A DNA stretch of 64,000 nucleotides from positions 61,504-125,503 of the IMG/VR virus record IMGVR_UViG_3300032237_000809. One strand, 5' to 3'. Source of the DNA: a virus. Its lineage: Duplodnaviria; Caudoviricetes. Below the pieces are notes generated by a model, which ran no database searches, was not told the origin of the DNA, and saw nothing but the letters and a program-made list of their open reading frames with translations. The translations under genes and the position numbers were made by a program. This document shows positions 39,385 to 49,668 of the stretch, piece after piece (positions within the stretch are counted from its first letter, which is position 1; the number at the start of each line of letters is the position of its first letter).

Positions 39385-40269
39385 ATGACTTTTAAAAATA
39401 TTATTGCTGCTAGTGTGGTTGTTGCAACTTCGGTTGCTGCTCCTGCAATGGCACAAGTTACGAGCATCACTCAACTTCGTGATGTTCAACCTACCGAATG
39501 GTCTTATCAAGCAATTTCTAATCTCATCACTACTTATGGTTGTGTTGCTGGTTATCCTGATAGAACTTTCCGTCCCGGACAACCTGCTACTCGTGCAGAA
39601 CTTGCTGCATTGACTAATGCTTGTCTCGATAGCATCACTCAATTCTATACTGAAGCAGATGCTCGTTCTGCTGCTGCTCTTCGTGCAGAATTCTCCCGTG
39701 AGATTGCTGCTACCAATACCCGTGTAACTGCTCTTGAACTTGCTGCTGCTCGTAAGGCACAAGGAGTTGGTAACTATCTGGGTGCAGGCGTCCTCCTGAA
39801 CCAGCAAGGTGTTGATGGTAATGGTTATGATGCTGAGCGTACTATTGCTGGCGGAACTATTCAGGGTCGTTATGCCGTAAAGACTTTCAGTAATCAAAAC
39901 GCTGTTTCGGTTCGTCCTTATGTGAATTTCGTCGGTACTCCTGCTGGTGAGATTGGTGCTGGTGGTGGTGCTCTTCTGTCCTATGATTGGAGTGTTGCCC
40001 GTGCTAAGAGTGGCGTGAGTAAAGTGAATATTTACACTGGAGTTGGTTATCAAGTTCCTTTCGTAAATAACACAGATGCTAACTTCCAATCTGCTGTTGG
40101 TAATAAGGGTCAAGTTGTTCTTGCACTTGGTCTTGAGGGTCGTCTGACCAATTCTTTGGTTGGTTTTGCTGATCTAAAGTTCCCAACCACCAATGCTGCT
40201 AACAGTTATGGTGTCACGGATGGAACTTATTCTCCCGTTCTTACTGCTGGACTCGGATTCAAGTTCTGA
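39385..40269 (+). CDS. SLH-domain outer-membrane (porin-like) protein
   Basis: Signal peptide, DVQPTEWSYQAI..L...YGCVAGYPDRTFRP...TRAE, coiled coil, beta strands ending GLGFKF. Confidence 0.85.
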   Translation: MTFKNIIAASVVVATSVAAPAMAQVTSITQLRDVQPTEWSYQAISNLITTYGCVAGYPDRTFRPGQPATRAELAALTNACLDSITQFYTEADARSAAALRAEFSREIAATNTRVTALELAAARKAQGVGNYLGAGVLLNQQGVDGNGYDAERTIAGGTIQGRYAVKTFSNQNAVSVRPYVNFVGTPAGEIGAGGGALLSYDWSVARAKSGVSKVNIYTGVGYQVPFVNNTDANFQSAVGNKGQVVLALGLEGRLTNSLVGFADLKFPTTNAANSYGVTDGTYSPVLTAGLGFKF

Positions 40270-40433
40270 TAGTATAATCGGATAAAAACCGTTTATCCTT
40301 CCTTCATTAGGAAGGATTTTTTTGTATTAACCAAATGAACTATTTTCTGTGAACCGCATCGGTAAGTGATAAATATTGGGGGAGTTGACAAAATATCCCT
40401 TTTAATGTAATATTATAAAGTTGTTAAAATTTA

Positions 40434-40595
40434 ATGAACATTAAACTTTGGTATTGCGAAGGTATGAAACAATGGCGTTGGATATTGACGGATGATCATC
40501 GTCCAGTAATTAAACAAGAATCTGGTCAAAAGGAAAATCTTCGTGATGCCATGAATGATATTGCAAATACTGTTGAGTATATGCTAAAATCATAA
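40434..40595 (+). CDS. Small hypothetical protein
   Basis: MNIKLWYCEGMKQWRWILTD...; sigma70-like promoter upstream. Confidence 0.55.
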   Translation: MNIKLWYCEGMKQWRWILTDDHRPVIKQESGQKENLRDAMNDIANTVEYMLKS

Positions 40596-40601
40596 GTTAT
40601 T

Positions 40602-40674
40602 GGGCGAATAGCTCAGCGGTAGTAGCGTCTTTTTTACACGGAGAATGTCGGGGGTTCAAATCCCTCTTCGCCCA
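40602..40674 (+). tRNA. tRNA-Val(UAC)
   Basis: GGGCGAA/TTCGCCC, loop TTTACAC. Confidence 0.88.
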
Positions 40675-40706
40675 TTTATTATAAATACCTAAAAAGTATT
40701 GGTGTA

Positions 40707-41297
40707 ATGGAAAAATTATACAAATTAACTAGTGATGTACAGGCAAATCTTTTTGTTCTTTTTCATAAAACATGGGTTTTTCATTGGAATGTAGTAGGAC
40801 CTGATTTTCAACAACTTCATACTCTTTTTGGTGGGCAGTATGAGACAATGTTTGAAGAAATTGATCGTATTAGTGAACACATGCGTTATATGAATGTTCG
40901 TCCAATTGGTACTCTTACAAGAATGGTAGAAGTTGCTACTATTGGTGAAGGATCCAATATTTCTCAAATTGATGAAATGGGGCAGAAACAAATTATACCC
41001 GGTAAACCAATTACCAAATCTGATGAAATGATTAAACGTTTGATGGTTGACAATCTTACTTTAATTGATTTACTTACTGCTTTATCTGAAGAAGCAGAGA
41101 TGCAAAAGCAATATGCAACTGCCAATATTGCTCAAGATATCCTGGAATCACATGGCAAATTTGTTTGGCAATTAAGATCATTTACTGAAAAAACCGCAAA
41201 ACTTTCAATTGAAGATTCTGAAATAACACCAATTCAAGTTCCAGAAGAGCAACCAATTGATCCATATCAAGTACAACCATTTGTACAACAACAATAA
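40707..41297 (+). CDS. dps: Dps family ferritin-like protein
   Basis: FHWNVVGPDFQQLHTLF..QY...IDRISEH, HGKFVWQL; TATAAATA at 40680-40687. Confidence 0.85.
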   Translation: MEKLYKLTSDVQANLFVLFHKTWVFHWNVVGPDFQQLHTLFGGQYETMFEEIDRISEHMRYMNVRPIGTLTRMVEVATIGEGSNISQIDEMGQKQIIPGKPITKSDEMIKRLMVDNLTLIDLLTALSEEAEMQKQYATANIAQDILESHGKFVWQLRSFTEKTAKLSIEDSEITPIQVPEEQPIDPYQVQPFVQQQ

Positions 41298-41324
41298 ATT
41301 TTATTAATCAAATAATGATAAAAA

Positions 41325-41582
41325 ATGGAAAATTTACGCATTCGTTGCAAGTCTTGTAACGTGGAAATTGAAGGACATCATACTAAAACAATTAGTTGCA
41401 AATGTTCAAATATGACAACTATTTGTGGAGATAAGATTACAGCACTTGACTTATCAAAGGTTGTTATGTTAAACTATAATAGTGTTAAAAAAAAATCTAA
41501 TATTCTTACAAATGAAGACATTGCCTGGCAAGAAGCAAGGCGTCAACGTAAAGTAAAAAGATTAGATTTTGAAGTTCGGTGA
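41325..41582 (+). CDS. Zn-ribbon hypothetical protein
   Basis: CKSC...CKC; C-terminal RKVKRLDFEVR. Confidence 0.6.
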   Translation: MENLRIRCKSCNVEIEGHHTKTISCKCSNMTTICGDKITALDLSKVVMLNYNSVKKKSNILTNEDIAWQEARRQRKVKRLDFEVR

Positions 41583-41667
41583 GGGTTTATACTTTTTTAG
41601 ATATTATATTCTGAATAATATTTAAAACTTTTTATATTTTTTAGTTCCTTAATACTCCGTAAATATT

Positions 41668-41754
41668 GGTAGCGTGGCAGAGTCCGGTTTATTGCGCTTG
41701 TCTTGAAAACAAGTGAGGGTAACACCTCCGTTAGTTCAAATCTAACCACTACCG
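41668..41754 (+). tRNA. tRNA-Ser(UGA)
   Basis: Loop CTTGAAA, long variable arm, GTTCAAAT. Confidence 0.88.
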
Positions 41755-41858
41755 TTACATAAGATACAGAATCTAGCAATATATTCAAATATCAACACAA
41801 ATTTGACATACTCAAAATAATAACTAATATAAATTAGTAGTACATTGATACATAAAAA

Positions 41859-42017
41859 ATGGATTCTCACACCTATAGTAACTGGGTGAAAATTAAAGAA
41901 ACATTTGAAAAGTCTGGAAATACTGATAATATGTTTTATAAAAGAGCATGTCATATTATAATTAATAAAAAAGATCCAATGTCAAAGTTTTTTGGCGAAA
42001 ACAATAATACAAAATAG
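41859..42017 (+). CDS. Small hypothetical protein
   Basis: MDSHTYSNWVKIKETFEKSGNTDNMFYKRAC... Confidence 0.55.
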   Translation: MDSHTYSNWVKIKETFEKSGNTDNMFYKRACHIIINKKDPMSKFFGENNNTK

Positions 42018-42229
42018 GAGATAATGACCTATCAAGTTATGCTAGCAACTTTTATAATGATGATTTTTATGTTTATTTTATATGTTGGATACGGAGAGAA
42101 TTGAGAATGTTTCATTTTGTAGAAATCATGTTAAATAATCAAGTGGTACTCTTTATAATTGGATGCCTCTTGACAATAGTACCCACTATGGGTATAATGT
42201 ATGTACACCGTAATAAATAGTGGTATATC

Positions 42230-42303
42230 CGGGCATTAGCGCAGTTTGGTAGCGCGTTCCGTTTGGGGCGGAAAGGTCAGAGGTTCAAATCCTCTATGCC
42301 CGA
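42230..42303 (+). tRNA. tRNA-Pro(UGG)
   Basis: CGGGCAT/ATGCCCG, loop TTTGGGG. Confidence 0.92.
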
Positions 42304-42304
42304 T

Positions 42305-42356
42305 TGCCAGTTTATAAACTGGCATACTTGACAAACAACACTTGAAGTCCTATAAT
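42305..42356 (+). promoter_or_regulatory. Early promoter with upstream 20-bp perfect palindrome
   Basis: TGCCAGTTTATAAACTGGCA then TTGACA-17-TATAAT. Confidence 0.8.
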
Positions 42357-42378
42357 AACAAGGTCAACATTCAAATCA

Positions 42379-42591
42379 ATGACTCTCACTTCCAAATTCA
42401 AAAAAGATATCAGTGCTCTTCGTGGTGCCGCAAATGGTGATTTTCTTCTTGATGTAAAGAATCCGAAACTCTACAAAAAAGTTCGTCGCTACTATCAAAA
42501 CGAAGGAGTAATTTTCTCTGATGATCCTCTTGATAACTATGATATTTTGATTGAATGTATTGCTCAAGATCTTGAAACTGTTGAAGCATGA
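42379..42591 (+). CDS. Conserved cyanophage hypothetical protein
   Basis: LDVKNPKLYKKVRRYY; follows strong promoter. Confidence 0.7.
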   Translation: MTLTSKFKKDISALRGAANGDFLLDVKNPKLYKKVRRYYQNEGVIFSDDPLDNYDILIECIAQDLETVEA

Positions 42592-42818
42592 CAAAAGTTA
42601 TTCTTGAACGAGAAGGATACCGTTTCGTTGAGAAAGGTATCATTGAACTAAATGGTAAACCTGATTACCGTATGCAAAAACAAAACGAGTACACTAAACA
42701 CTGGAATGACATTTATTTGTTTGATAATCAAATACAATGTTTGATTGCTATGGAAGACTTTAATTATGCTCTCTGGTTAGATGATCAACCATGTTACAGA
42801 GAGATGAGGAGAGGATAG
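42588..42818 (+). CDS. Conserved cyanophage hypothetical protein
   Basis: GIIELNGKPDYRMQK; ATGA overlap. Confidence 0.65.
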   Translation: MTKVILEREGYRFVEKGIIELNGKPDYRMQKQNEYTKHWNDIYLFDNQIQCLIAMEDFNYALWLDDQPCYREMRRG

Positions 42819-42859
42819 AGTAGTATTTCAGTATAAATAACCAGAGATACTCCAATAAA

Positions 42860-43375
42860 ATGCCATACAAAAATAAAGAAGATGCCGCAGATCAAAAGAG
42901 ACGATGGAAATTATCTAATCCTGAAAAAGTATCTGAATATCAACGAAGATATAGGGAGAACAACCCATACAAATATGCTGATAAAAGAACAAAAAAACAG
43001 CATAAAATAAAAAATGATCTTCAAAGAGAAAAAAGAAAGTGCATTCTTTTTGAGCATCTTGACAATAAATGCTGTAAATGTGGATTAACAACAAATTTAG
43101 AATTAGATCACATTAATCCCCTTCTCAAAACCTCAAGACAATCTATTTTATCTATGGGTCTTGAAAGGGCACTTAAAGAATGTGACAATATTCAACTTCT
43201 ATGTAAAGAATGCCACAATAAAAGAAGTCAAGCACAAAGAAAAGCAGCATATCATTTATTTTATAATATGCCTCTTGATGAGCAAGAAAAATGGATAAGT
43301 AGATTTATATCTCATACTGGATTTGTTGACAGAACACTATCTTTTGAGAACGATAAAGACACGGAGAGTATCTAA
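42860..43375 (+). CDS. Free-standing HNH homing endonuclease
   Basis: CCKCG...LELDHINP...NIQLLCKECH; TATAAATA at 42832-42839. Confidence 0.85.
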   Translation: MPYKNKEDAADQKRRWKLSNPEKVSEYQRRYRENNPYKYADKRTKKQHKIKNDLQREKRKCILFEHLDNKCCKCGLTTNLELDHINPLLKTSRQSILSMGLERALKECDNIQLLCKECHNKRSQAQRKAAYHLFYNMPLDEQEKWISRFISHTGFVDRTLSFENDKDTESI

Positions 43376-43490
43376 AAGTACTGGTCGGGAGCAACCCCTT
43401 TAGTCGCGGAGAGACTTTAAAAGTACTGGTGGAGTCAAATTTGACCCTATTGTTTTATTGCTTTTCTTAAAAGTAAGTGGTGTGGAATGA
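43358..43490 (+). ncRNA. manA-like cyanophage structured RNA (tentative)
   Basis: Two tandem units containing CGGAGAG...TAAAAGTACTGGT each followed by a small hairpin; upstream of sugar genes. Confidence 0.4.
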
Positions 43491-43610
43491 TGAAAAGAAA
43501 ACCATCCAAGATATTGGTAATCATTTTGCTGATAATTTTGGGAGATTTTATAGATTGTTATTTACTCATGGAATAGATCATAATTTTTTTAAAATACAGC
43601 AATATTTTTA

Positions 43611-44438
43611 ATGTTAGATTTTTCTGTAGGGTTATCTGGATGTAAACTTGAATTAATCGATAGTAGAGTACTTAGAAAGTATTCTTCATCAATTAGTTAT
43701 AACTCAAGACTTTCTTTGCAAGTTAACAAACAAGTTTTATTTTCTTGTAGAATTTTAAAGAATGTGGATACTCCTAAAGTTCATAATATTCAGAATGAGT
43801 ATTTTGATATGGAATACATTCCTGGAAAATCTTTTATGGAATTTTTTTCTACATCTTCTATTAAGGACATAGAATTTGTCATTGATACTTTATTTGAATA
43901 TTTCGATTCTCTTATTTCAAATTATCGATTAATTAATGTTAAATCAAATATTGATGAAAAAATTAAACTTTTAAAAAATAAAACTTGTTATAAAAATTAT
44001 TTAGAATACATTGAACTTTTAATTAAAAAGCAAAATGTCTATGTTCCCAAAACCTTTTGTCATGGTGATTTAACCTTTAATAATATTATTTTCCATAAAA
44101 ATAGATTATTTTTTATTGATTTTCTTGATTGTTATGTTGATAGTTTTATTTCTGATCTTGTCAAATTGAAACAAGATCTTTACCATCTCTGGAGTATCAA
44201 AACTCAAAACATACAGTCAAATAGACTAGAGCAAATTTATAAACATATCTGGAATCAACTTTATTGTAGATACTCTAAGTTTATTGATACTGGTGAGTTT
44301 GATATTTTGGAAGCAATGAATAGTCTTAGAATCGAGCCCTACTTGACTTTTTCTCACCAAAGAAGTATACTTGATATAATAGTAAAATCATCAAAGTTAT
44401 ATGCGAACTTTAATAATTCCTATGGCGGGACGGTCTAG
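43611..44438 (+). CDS. APH/choline-kinase-like phosphotransferase
   Basis: MEYIPG, HGDLTFNN, FIDFL. Confidence 0.75.
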   Translation: MLDFSVGLSGCKLELIDSRVLRKYSSSISYNSRLSLQVNKQVLFSCRILKNVDTPKVHNIQNEYFDMEYIPGKSFMEFFSTSSIKDIEFVIDTLFEYFDSLISNYRLINVKSNIDEKIKLLKNKTCYKNYLEYIELLIKKQNVYVPKTFCHGDLTFNNIIFHKNRLFFIDFLDCYVDSFISDLVKLKQDLYHLWSIKTQNIQSNRLEQIYKHIWNQLYCRYSKFIDTGEFDILEAMNSLRIEPYLTFSHQRSILDIIVKSSKLYANFNNSYGGTV

Positions 44439-45459
44439 TCGTTTCCCAAATATGCGACCTAAATGGATGTTGACACATCCAATGACCAATCGATTCATGG
44501 TGACAGAATCTATTTTGGGATTGAACTTAAACTTTTTTGATAACATATATTTTATTTGTTTACAAGAACATGAGAATCAATATAAATTTGTAAAAGGTTT
44601 TATTGAAGAACTTGAGCAACTTGAGTTAAAACAAAAGTCAAATATTGTTTTACTTTCAGATCAAACCAAGTCTCAATCGGAAACCGTTTATAATTTTTTG
44701 AGTAACAATCCAGTAGATGGATTTATTTTTATTAAAGACTCTGATGGATATTATGAATGTAAACTGGTAGAAGAAAAAAACCAGATTGCATATTTTGACT
44801 TAAATGATATGGATGATATTAATGCTCGAACTAAAAGTTATGTTGAACTTGATATCAATCGAATGGTAACTAATATTGTAGAAAAACATGTCATTAGTTC
44901 CACCTTTTCCAGTGGTGGTTATGGATTTGCAGATTCAAAGGAGTTTTGTACTACCTATGAGAAACTCCAGGACATGGAGGGAGAGTGTTATATTAGTCAT
45001 ATTATTTTTGAGATGATGTTATCTGGTTCAACATTTTATGGAATCAAAACATCAAATTTTAAAGATTGGGGAACTATTGATGCCTGGAACAAATATAAGT
45101 CGCAATATAAATGTTTGTTTGTTGATATTGATGGGACCTTAGTTATAAATTCTTCAATTCATTTTCCACCATATGTTGGAAATGCATCATCATTGCAAAA
45201 TAATATTGATCACTTAAATTCGTTGCATGAATCTGGTAAAGTAAAAATAATTTTGACGACGAGTAGACCCAAACATATGAAAGACATAACAATTTCTGAA
45301 CTGGAGAAAAAAAATATTTCATATGATGAGTTGATTATGGGTTTGCCACACTGTAAACGAGTTATTATTAATGATTTTGCAAAAAGTAATCCATATCCTT
45401 CTTGTGAAGCAATTAACCTACCAAGAAATAGTGATAATTTGAATGAGTTCTTAAGATGA
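44401..45459 (+). CDS. Sugar nucleotidyltransferase fused to HAD phosphatase
   Basis: IIPMAGRSSRFP..PK, DWGT; FVDIDGTL, TTSR. Confidence 0.8.
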   Translation: MRTLIIPMAGRSSRFPNMRPKWMLTHPMTNRFMVTESILGLNLNFFDNIYFICLQEHENQYKFVKGFIEELEQLELKQKSNIVLLSDQTKSQSETVYNFLSNNPVDGFIFIKDSDGYYECKLVEEKNQIAYFDLNDMDDINARTKSYVELDINRMVTNIVEKHVISSTFSSGGYGFADSKEFCTTYEKLQDMEGECYISHIIFEMMLSGSTFYGIKTSNFKDWGTIDAWNKYKSQYKCLFVDIDGTLVINSSIHFPPYVGNASSLQNNIDHLNSLHESGKVKIILTTSRPKHMKDITISELEKKNISYDELIMGLPHCKRVIINDFAKSNPYPSCEAINLPRNSDNLNEFLR

Positions 45460-46445
45460 AAATACTTTTAACTGGTGCCGCTGGAGGAATAGGATCTACT
45501 CTAGGATATTATCTTTATAAGAAGGGGCATACACTTACACTCGTTGATAATCTGAGAAATGGTTATAATGAAAATTTAACAATTAATGGTGAAAGTTTTG
45601 GTAAGTTTTATAACCTTAGTATTTGTAATCGAGATCTTATTGAATTAGTTAGAGATAATTATGATTGCATCATACATTTTGCTGCAATCACTGCTCTTCC
45701 TGATTGTGAATCCAATCCAGTTGAAACTATCAATGTAAATGTTTCTGGTACAATGAATATTCTAGAGTGTGTTAGAATGTGGAATGTTCCACATGTAATC
45801 TTTTCAAGTACTAGTGCAGTATATGAAAGTAACAAAGAAAAGATTTTTACTGAAGATTTGGATATTACTCCTCACCTTTGGTATTCTTTATCTAAAAAGA
45901 TGGCAGAAGAAATATGTGAATCATATCGTATTAACTATGATATGGTAATTACCACTCTTAGATTTTTTAATGTATTTGGTCCAAGACAAGATATCCATAG
46001 AAAAACTCCACCTTTAATTAATTACATTGTTCGTGAACTTAAAAATAATGATACTCCTATTTTACATTCTAATGGGGAACAGAGGAGAGATTATATTCAT
46101 GTTGATGATGTAGTTAAATTGATTGATATTTGTTTGGAAAAAAAACCTAACGATACTTTTAATGTATGTACAGGAACTCTCATTTCTGTAAATGAAATAG
46201 TAAATTACATTTGCCAAATTTTTAATAGTAATATTGAACCAACTTATAGGGATGCATCTAAACTTTGGGACAATTATCCACAATTATTTGATGGTCCTCG
46301 TCCTTTGAGTAAAGAAATTGTTGCTAAAGAGACTAATAAATATTCTAGAGGTTCCTATGAAAAGGCAAAACAGATCCTTAACTGGGAACCAAATACAGAT
46401 ATTAAATCTCTTATTAAAAAAGTTGTTGAGGAAATTTCGTTATGA
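45456..46445 (+). CDS. NAD-dependent epimerase/dehydratase
   Basis: TGAAGGIG, YSLSK, RFFNVFGP, RDYIHV. Confidence 0.9.
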   Translation: MKILLTGAAGGIGSTLGYYLYKKGHTLTLVDNLRNGYNENLTINGESFGKFYNLSICNRDLIELVRDNYDCIIHFAAITALPDCESNPVETINVNVSGTMNILECVRMWNVPHVIFSSTSAVYESNKEKIFTEDLDITPHLWYSLSKKMAEEICESYRINYDMVITTLRFFNVFGPRQDIHRKTPPLINYIVRELKNNDTPILHSNGEQRRDYIHVDDVVKLIDICLEKKPNDTFNVCTGTLISVNEIVNYICQIFNSNIEPTYRDASKLWDNYPQLFDGPRPLSKEIVAKETNKYSRGSYEKAKQILNWEPNTDIKSLIKKVVEEISL

Positions 46446-47185
46446 AAATAGCATTATGTTTATCTGGTCAACCACGAAATGCCATTCAAACAGCACAAAG
46501 AATAAATGAATCAATCATTAGTGGTAATGATGTTGATGTTTTTTTACACTGTTGGCATGATCCAGAAAACTTAAACTTTGGAAAAAGAGCGCCAGGTCAT
46601 TGGGGAATATCTTCTGATCATGATATTGATAAAAAACTGTTAGAAGTTTATAAACCCAAGTCATATCTTTTTGAAAAACCAAAACATTGGAAAAATTCAA
46701 ATATGAAAATTAGTGAAGAAAATATAAAAAGATGTTTTGATTATGGATTAAATGATCCAAATGGTATTGAATCATTTGGTGAATATATAGTTGACATTTG
46801 CTACAGTCAGTGGTATAGTAAAATGATGGTGAATTATTTGAGGGATAAGTATTCCACTGAAAACAATATAACTTATGATGTTATTACTGCATTAAGATAT
46901 GATGTAAGTCCATCTGTTAAAATAGATTTTTCAAATAGTAAAATTGATTTAGATACTTTTTATTATCAAGATCTAAATCATCCATCAAATATGGTTAGTG
47001 ATTGGTTTGGAATGGGATCACCTAAAGTAATGAATGTTTGGGGAGGAGTTTATAACCATATTGAACCAGTATACCATCAAGTTATTTCTGAGGAGAACAT
47101 TTTTTGTAATGAACTTTTACTTAGAAATCATTTAAAAAACAATCAAGTAAAAACACAATCAATTGATTTGGGAGTATCATTTTGA
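46442..47185 (+). CDS. Putative glycan-related protein
   Basis: KIALCLSGQPR, RYD, DWFG; paralogous to 51750. Confidence 0.55.
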   Translation: MKIALCLSGQPRNAIQTAQRINESIISGNDVDVFLHCWHDPENLNFGKRAPGHWGISSDHDIDKKLLEVYKPKSYLFEKPKHWKNSNMKISEENIKRCFDYGLNDPNGIESFGEYIVDICYSQWYSKMMVNYLRDKYSTENNITYDVITALRYDVSPSVKIDFSNSKIDLDTFYYQDLNHPSNMVSDWFGMGSPKVMNVWGGVYNHIEPVYHQVISEENIFCNELLLRNHLKNNQVKTQSIDLGVSF

Positions 47186-48180
47186 AACATCAAAGAGTTA
47201 TTATATGGGGATATAAACTTCATTCTCATACGCATTCATATATTCATGCCGGGTATTATAATGCCTTTAAGAATCTTGGGTATGAAACTTATTGGTTAGA
47301 TGGTAGAGATAATTTTGACCCACAATTGTTTAATGATGCTTTAATTTTTACTGAACAATGGGCAGTTATTGGAAACCCAAATATTCCACTGTTTAGTAAC
47401 TCTACTTATGCAGTTCATTATATTGGAAACAAAGATAATCGTGTAGAAGGTAATCCTGGAGAAAGTGCTTATCTTGGTAAGGTTGGACGATTGATTGATG
47501 TTAGATATAATGCCGACAAATGGGTTGATAAAAATTACAACTATTCTTTAGACCGCAGTAAAGCAGCAAAGATTGGTTCTGGTTGTTATTTTGAGAAAGG
47601 TTCGGAATATGATTATTTTTATACAACTTGGGCAACTGACTTATTGCCCGATGAAATAAATTTAGAAGATATGTATATTCCCAAAGAAAATTATGTCTTC
47701 TTTGCTGGAACAATTGGCGGCGGGCAGGGTGGTCCAAAAGATTGTAAAACTGCACCACCCGAGTATGATAACTTAGTTTATTTAAATCCTTTTATTCAAG
47801 CTTGTGAAGAGGGTGGTATTGAATTTAAGTATAACTGCCCTTGGATTAGTCCTCAATCTTTTGAAGAACAGAGGAAAATAATTCAAAAATCTTATCTTGC
47901 ACCCGATGTAAGGCACAAAGCATTTAAAGAGTGGGGTTATATTCCTTGTAGGAATTTTAAAAACATTAGTTATGGTCAACTAGGAATTACTAACTCAAAA
48001 CCAGTATATGAATTTTTTGATGGTAATATCATTTATAATGAGGATACATATCAATTATTCTTTGATGCTCAAAAAGAAAAAGAGAACTATGACTTAATTA
48101 AATCTCAAATGCTTTTTGTTAAAGAAAATCATACTTATATAAACAGAGTTAAAGAACTTATTGAAGTAGTTAATTATTGA
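47182..48180 (+). CDS. Putative GT-B glycosyltransferase
   Basis: YIPCRNF, C-terminal HTYINR. Confidence 0.6.
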   Translation: MKHQRVIIWGYKLHSHTHSYIHAGYYNAFKNLGYETYWLDGRDNFDPQLFNDALIFTEQWAVIGNPNIPLFSNSTYAVHYIGNKDNRVEGNPGESAYLGKVGRLIDVRYNADKWVDKNYNYSLDRSKAAKIGSGCYFEKGSEYDYFYTTWATDLLPDEINLEDMYIPKENYVFFAGTIGGGQGGPKDCKTAPPEYDNLVYLNPFIQACEEGGIEFKYNCPWISPQSFEEQRKIIQKSYLAPDVRHKAFKEWGYIPCRNFKNISYGQLGITNSKPVYEFFDGNIIYNEDTYQLFFDAQKEKENYDLIKSQMLFVKENHTYINRVKELIEVVNY

Positions 48181-48185
48181 TTATT

Positions 48186-49667
48186 ATGTATCTATTATCT
48201 TTTTGCTCCGAAGGTCCACCACACGATGAAGGATTTTCTTTACTAGAAACATCGAATCAAATTAAAGAAAAACTGTCACCATTTTTTGAAGAAATTATTT
48301 TTTATACAAAAAGAACATTAAAACTTCTTCCTGGTAGTGAAGATATTTGCAATTGTTATGATGAACCTTTAGACCAAAACACTCACGTTCATAATTTTGG
48401 TTATTTTGACTTTAAACCATTTCTGATTGACTATACATTAAAGAACATTCCAGAGGGTTCTTTACTTTTATATCACGATGGTAATTTTGTTAAGAACGAA
48501 CAGTATTGGCAAACTGATTGGGAGAACATTACATCCATTTCTGAAACTATGTTGAGTGAGAACTCAAGTGATGTTTGGTTTCAGATGGAAAGGGAAGGTT
48601 GTTATGTAAATTCATTTGTTAAAGAATATACATTAGATTATTTCTTCAGTGAATATGAAAAACGAGCAGTGAAAAATTCACATCTCATCAATGCTGCAAG
48701 AGTCTTAGTAAAAAATAATGATTTTGGAAGACAATTTATTTCTGAGTATCTTAATTTATGTAAGAATAAAGATTTAATCGCAAAGAGTCCTAATCATAAT
48801 CCAGACCCAGAGTTTCAATGGTCTTGTGGAGATCAAGATGTTTTGAACTGTTTGGTGTACCGATATATACTAGATGGAAAATTACCCAGAACTTTTCCAA
48901 GATTTTCTTTTTTATACCGAATTTTAAGATACGAAAACAATCCATTTCTTTGGAGTGGTGTAAATAATGATAACTACCACTTTACGGGTATTAGTGAATT
49001 AAAAAATACTGAATTATTAAATTATATGGAAAATATCTCACTTGAAATTACTGAAAATGAAATAATTTCATTTTTAGATTTAAATCGACTGACACAAAGA
49101 ACGGATCTTTGTAATATTCTTGAAAAGTATGGATCGGACAAATGTTCAAATTGGCATAATTATTCTGCTCTTTATGATTATTTCTTTAAGCATTTTAGAG
49201 ATGAAGAAATCAACTTTTTTGAAGTGGGAATTTATCATGGGTCTTCGGTAAAGAGTTGGAGAGAATATTTTTCGAAGGCAAAAATTTATACTGCAGATGT
49301 CGATAAAGAAACTTTTTTATCTATTTCAAATCTTGATGTTGAATATTTTTATTGTGATCAAGACAATCCACAGTCAATTCAAAGTATGTGGAAAAGTAAT
49401 TCTTTGAATGATACTGAATTTGATGTCATTATCGATGATGGAAAACATGAATTTATTTCCAATCTAAACTTTTTTAAAGAGTCAATTTATAAACTTAAAT
49501 CAGGTGGCATTTTTATTGTTGAGGATTTAACTGTTTCAACTTATAATTCATTTGAACAAATACTTTTTAACTTGCAAAATGAGTATTCTTTAGATTATAT
49601 CAAACTAATGAAACTTCCGAATCCAAATAATAACATTGATAATAATATTCTTTTGGTGATCAAATAA
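48186..49667 (+). CDS. Glycosyltransferase-like domain fused to SAM methyltransferase
   Basis: FKP..I, HDG, DQDVLN; GSDK, FEVGI..GSS, DVIIDDGKH, GGIFIVED. Confidence 0.7.
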   Translation: MYLLSFCSEGPPHDEGFSLLETSNQIKEKLSPFFEEIIFYTKRTLKLLPGSEDICNCYDEPLDQNTHVHNFGYFDFKPFLIDYTLKNIPEGSLLLYHDGNFVKNEQYWQTDWENITSISETMLSENSSDVWFQMEREGCYVNSFVKEYTLDYFFSEYEKRAVKNSHLINAARVLVKNNDFGRQFISEYLNLCKNKDLIAKSPNHNPDPEFQWSCGDQDVLNCLVYRYILDGKLPRTFPRFSFLYRILRYENNPFLWSGVNNDNYHFTGISELKNTELLNYMENISLEITENEIISFLDLNRLTQRTDLCNILEKYGSDKCSNWHNYSALYDYFFKHFRDEEINFFEVGIYHGSSVKSWREYFSKAKIYTADVDKETFLSISNLDVEYFYCDQDNPQSIQSMWKSNSLNDTEFDVIIDDGKHEFISNLNFFKESIYKLKSGGIFIVEDLTVSTYNSFEQILFNLQNEYSLDYIKLMKLPNPNNNIDNNILLVIK

Positions 49668-49668
49668 T

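Noticed and set aside
39349-40113. 254-aa minus-strand ORF
   Set aside because: Antisense shadow of the porin-like gene
43358-43450. CRISPR-like array
   Set aside because: Only two short units, no spacer series, no cas genes; no CRISPR array found in the window
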